Origin: Octopus sinensis
Lineage: Eukaryota
Reading direction: 5' to 3'
Assembly: GCF_006345805.1 (NCBI RefSeq)
Contig: NC_043014.1
Span: 10,974,001-11,038,000, forward strand
DNA length: 64,000 nucleotides
Shown here: one piece after another, positions 13,352 to 64,000 of the stretch
Layout: every line of letters starts with the position of its first letter
How positions within the stretch are numbered: the stretch's first letter is position 1
Program-made: the position numbers and the translations under genes
The notes under the pieces: generated by a model
Told to the model about the DNA's origin: nothing
Databases searched by the model: none
What the model saw: only the letters and a program-made list of their open reading frames with translations

Positions 13352-13355
<4 letters not shown>
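13163..13355. repeat. Inverted repeat with about 60-bp arms between (TA)n tracts (foldback/MITE-like)
   Basis: aaattctataattgtgagtataattataattagagttcagcaaaaatttgcttcaccaca (13163-13222) versus its near reverse complement at 13296-13355. Confidence 0.8.
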
Positions 13356-13390
<35 letters not shown>

Positions 13391-13491
13391 TTCTATTTCT
13401 TATGTTTCACAAAAACATAATTTGGCCCACAAATCAAACAAGCTTTTCTTTATGAAAGAAATCAATGTTGTTACACATTGCTTTATACATA

Positions 13492-13766
13492 ACTAGCAGT
13501 ATCGCCCGGCGTTGCTCGGGTTTGTAAGGGAAATAACTCTATAAGCAGTTTTAGAGAGTTACTTCCCTTATATAATAGCAAAAATGCACTAAAAATGGAA
13601 ATAAATGATGGTAAATTATTTTTAAAATCGTAGACTCATCGTAGACGCACGCTAATACCCAGAAGGGCTTGTGGGTAAACTGCACGGCAAAATGGGGGAG
13701 TAGTTGGGAATCTAAATCGTAGGAGACAGACACCACACAACTTCAGTTTTATATATATATATAGAT
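13492..13766 (+). mobile_element. Non-autonomous Helitron-like element
   Basis: Starts actagcagtatcgcccggcgttgctcgg and ends cacaacttcagttttatatatatatatagat; the same termini occur inverted at 34821-35216; class inferred from resemblance to non-autonomous Helitron termini. Confidence 0.6.
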
Positions 13767-13812
13767 ATTTGTCGACATTTTCTTCACTTATCCCATCTGC
13801 AGATGTTAAATC

Positions 13813-13848
<36 letters not shown>

Positions 13849-14048
13849 GTGGCAAACTGACAAAATCATTAGCACTCTGGGTGAAAAGCTTAGTGACATT
13901 TCATCCGTCTCTATGTTCTGAGTTCAAATTTCGCCAGAGTCAATAACATAAGTACCAACTGAATATAGGGGTCAATGTAATTGATTAGTCTCTTCCCCTA
14001 AAATTTCAAGCCTCATGCCTTTAGTAGAAAGGATTATTATTATTATTA

Positions 14049-60050
<46,002 letters not shown>

Positions 60051-60334
60051 CTGAAAGGAGAAAAAAACAGAAAGAACTATCAAATAATGCACTGGAAAAA
60101 CAGAGACAATAAATGACACAGTTTTTTATGTCTGACATAGGTTGTGGGACTTCACCCTACATTATTCTTTGCTATGTTCAATGAACATTTTAACCACATA
60201 CAAACACACATTATTTTTTTTTTAGTCTAACATATGTAGAAGGACTTGCCATAAACTTTTCCCATCTGACACGAGATCAATTCCCCCAATGGCCCCTCCA
60301 CTCTCAAAGGATCTTTGTCTTGCAACTTACTTGG

Positions 60335-60624
60335 TGACCCACCTAGTGCTGGTGCCACATAAAAAGCACCTAGTCCACAGTCTAAAGTGGTTGGCACTTG
60401 GAAGGGCATCCAACTGTAAAACCATGCCAAAAAAACTGACCCCCACCTGTGTTGGTGCCATGTAAAAAGCACTCAGTCCACTCTGCTCAGCAGGTGGTTG
60501 GTGTTTGGAAAGGCATCCAGCTGTAAAAACCTGAAGCCTGGTGCAGTCTTGTGCTTGGCCGGCTCTTGTCAAGCCACACAACCCATGCCAGCATGGAAGA
60601 CAAATGTTAAACGCTGATGATGAG
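60335..60624 (+). mobile_element. Family-B SINE with an internal duplication of the core (two units)
   Basis: Core ggaagggcatccaactgtaaa and ggaaaggcatccagctgtaaaa about 104 bp apart, followed by a normal 3' end and tail. Confidence 0.85.
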
Positions 60625-63600
60625 GATTTCTATTGAACTGTATCATCATTCAACATGCATGGTCTATCCTGCCATGAACTGGCCAACCAGAGAACTGCAC
60701 CAGGCTCTGTCCAATTATTTGCTTTTACATGGTTTGTACGGCTGACACCCTTTCAAGAGCCAACCATTTTACAGACTGCACTGAGTGCTTTTTTACACGG
60801 CATCACCACCAGTGCCATTATGGTGGCACTGGCACCCACTTCCGCTAATTTTGAAAATGATAAAGAATTTACTGAATTATTTTGGTCATTACTAAGCTGC
60901 CAATTGGAAAATAAATTAATATGGAATTTTAATGGGAAAGTTTTAGATCACTTTATAAAGAAATTTTATTTCTTTATTGTTCACAGGGTGCTAAACATAG
61001 AGGGAATGAACACGGAGAGACAAAGGGATTAAGTCAATTATATCAACCCCAGTGCATAACTGGTCCTTAATTTATCGACTCCATAAGGATGAAAGGCAAA
61101 GTCGACCTCGGCGGAATTTGAACTCAGAACGTAAAGGCAGACAAAATAATGCTAAGTATTTTACCCAGCGTGCTAAAGTTTCTGCCAGCTCAAAGAAGCA
61201 GGGAGAAGTCTTGGTATCAAAGGGGTTTATATGCAGATCACCCTATATCAATCTCCAGAATATTCAAACGTACTTTTTAGCAACACACACACACACACAC
61301 ACTACCTGGGTATGCTAAAGTTAGGCATACTGTATTTTTCCAATCCAATAAAAAGTAAACACAAAGATCACCCAAACAATGAATTAATACTAATACTAGT
61401 AGCTAATGCTTATTTGGGGAGAACGTACTAAATCTGATAACATAAAGCAAATCATCTCAAAAATAAAATCCCCCTGGGTCTTACCATGCGAAGGTGAGCT
61501 TATAATCCATGCTTTACAGCAATAAACCCAATTTTCCCTGAATATGCACTGCTGAAACAGAGTGCATCTCTTATGCCATCAAATACAGCAGTCTGTGTCT
61601 CATCGAGCCAATGAAGGAGGATTCTGCATAGTTACTCAACCTTCTAAACAAAGCAGACAAATCTCACTCAAATATTACCCTACTGTCCTTTCTAGAACAC
61701 TAAACAGATGATATCACCAGTCAGCATATTAGCCACAAGTCAATTTGAAAATTACAATGACCGTAAATAGTAACAAACAGAAGAAACACACTGGTGGTAT
61801 ATTCTAAAAACTATAAGGCGGCGAGCTGGCAGAAACGTTAGCATGTCGGGCGAAATGCTTAGCGGTATTTCGTCTGCCGTTACGTTGAGTTCAAATTCCG
61901 CCGAGGTCGACTTTACCTTTCATCCTTTCGGGGTCAATAAATTAAGTACCAGTTACGCACTGGGGTCGATGTAATCGACTTAATACCTATGTCTGTCCTT
62001 GTTTGTCCCTTGCGGGTAATAAAGAAATGGGTATATTCTAAAGACTACCGCATTGCGCATCTCACCCTTAATCACTACATAGCAGGTCAATGTGAAGCGA
62101 ATGGGTATTTGTGTATATGACAGGTGCATGGCTCAGTGGTTAGAGCGCTGGGCTCACAATAATGAAGTAGTGAGTTTGGTTCCTGGGCCAGGTTGTGCTG
62201 TGTTCTTGAGCAATACACTTTATTTCACGTTGCTCCAGTTCACTCATCTGTAGAAATGCGTTGCAGTGTAATTGTTACCAAGCTGTATCGGCCCCTTTGC
62301 CTTTCCCTTGGATAACATCAGTGGCATGGAAAAGGGAGGCTGGTATGCATGGGCGACTGCTGGTCTCCCATAAACAACCTTGCACAGACTTGTACCTTGG
62401 AGAGTAACTTTCTACCTGCAGCCTTATGGTGATTCATGACCAAAAGGGGTCTTTACCTTTTATATGCAACAGATGCAGGCTTGGCTATCAGGGAGCACAG
62501 CTGAAGCTGTCAGATAAGGCGGTGAGCTAGCAGAAATGTTAAAGCAACGGGTGAAATGCTTAGTGGTAGTTCATCTACCATTACGTTTTGAGTTCAAATC
62601 TTACGGCAAAAACAAACGTAAAGCTGTTTACCAGACAAATACAGAGATCAATTTATTCGACTAACCACATCTTTCTAAATAACGGCTTTCGTTAAAAACG
62701 AATATTATCACCCGAGCTGCTAAGGAAGGCGACGAACTGGCAGAGTCATTAGTCCGCCTTCACGTTCTGATCTCAAATTCCGCTGAGATCGACTTTGTCT
62801 TTCATCCTTTCGGGGTCGATAAATTAAGTACCAGTTATGCACTGAGGGTTGATGTAATTGACTTAATCCCTTTGTCTGTCCTTATTTGATCTCTCTGTGT
62901 TTAGGCCCTTGTAGGTAGTAAAGAAACAGGTATTTCCTCTGCCGCTACGTTCTGAGTTCAAATTCCGCTGAGATCGACTTTGCCTTTCATCCTTTCGGGG
63001 TCAATAAATTAAGTACCAGTTACGCACTGGGGTCGATATAATCGACTTAATCCGTTTGTCTGTCCTTGTTTGTCCCTTCAATGTTTAGCCCCTTCTGGGC
63101 AGTAAAGAAATAAGAAGCTTGCCTCCTCGGGTCCAGTCCAACAACATGGCACTTTAACCATCCGCATACTGACCAAAGCCTTACAAGTGGATTGGGTACA
63201 TGGAAACTGAAAGAAGCCAGTCATGTTATGTGTGTGCGTGTGTATTACTGTCTTCTTGCCGTGACAACATGCGATGATTGTAAACTAATGTAATCATGCA
63301 AGCAATGTCCTTTCTTTCCAATCACCTGTGAAAACATGTCCGATCACAGGGAAATATCACCTCACTAGGTACAGGAGTGGCTGTGTGTTAATTAGCTTGC
63401 TTACCAACTACACGGTTCCGGGTTCAGTACCACTGCGTGGCACCTTGAGCAAGTGTTTTCTACTATAGCCTCAGGCCGACCAAAGCCTTGTGAGGGATTT
63501 GGTAGGCGGAAACTGAAAGAAGCCCTCGTATATATATATGTATATATATAAATATGTGTGTGTGTTTGTCCCCCTAACATCGCTTGACAACCGATGCTGG

Positions 63601-64000
63601 TGTGTTGACGTCCCCGTAACTTAGCAGTTCGGCAAAAGATACCGATAGAATAAGTACTAGGTTTACAAAGAATAAGTTCTGGGGGCGATTTGCTTGACTA
63701 ATTTAGGTGTGTCATTCAAAAACCCTGCGGACTACGGTTTGCACATGACTGGTCTATTCAACACCTCACCAGCCGTATTCAGGTACTATTTAAGAAGAGT
63801 GGTCCCGGTGCGCGCACTCACGTATCCGAACTAGCTTAGTCGTGACTAGTCGATCCTTAATTTGTGTTTTTGTATTTTATTTACTTTATTTAGAAAAATT
63901 AGTTACTTTGCTTTAAAAAAATTATTTTGTGTGAAAAAAAAATATTTATTTAGTGTTTTATTTACTTTGCTAGGTAGTCGTCGTAGGATCGACTAGTCAC

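Noticed and set aside
60051-64000. SPT16 first coding exon
   Set aside because: I checked candidate minus-strand donors (about 61485, 62065, 63770, 63820) and none is preceded by a reading frame resembling the SPT16 N-terminus; the exon is probably beyond the window.

Overview
Eukaryotic, AT-rich, repeat-dense genomic DNA, most likely from an octopus (inferred from the SINE families and the SPT16 sequence). The window appears to lie entirely inside one minus-strand gene, SPT16/SUPT16H (FACT complex large subunit). I traced 22 coding exons from 60050 down to 14121: 2703 nt, 901 codons, all GT-AG, with phases that join in frame. The N-terminal exon and the acidic C-terminal exons were not found in the window. 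Bases 1-12740 are a tandem array of a 100-bp unit derived from the core of a SINE, with a 21-monomer higher-order repeat, apparently inside an SPT16 intron. The other introns hold several tRNA-headed SINE families, TTAA-flanked MITEs, mariner, CR1-like and Helitron-like remnants, minisatellites and long hairpins. The most notable observations are the intronic SINE-derived macrosatellite with a two-unit precursor-like copy at about 60.4 kb, a tRNA-headed element carrying a Penelope-type minimal hammerhead ribozyme motif, and a 5.8S rRNA/ITS2 fragment inserted into a MITE. All coordinates were read by eye: exon boundaries were checked base by base, repeat boundaries are approximate. No database search was run.
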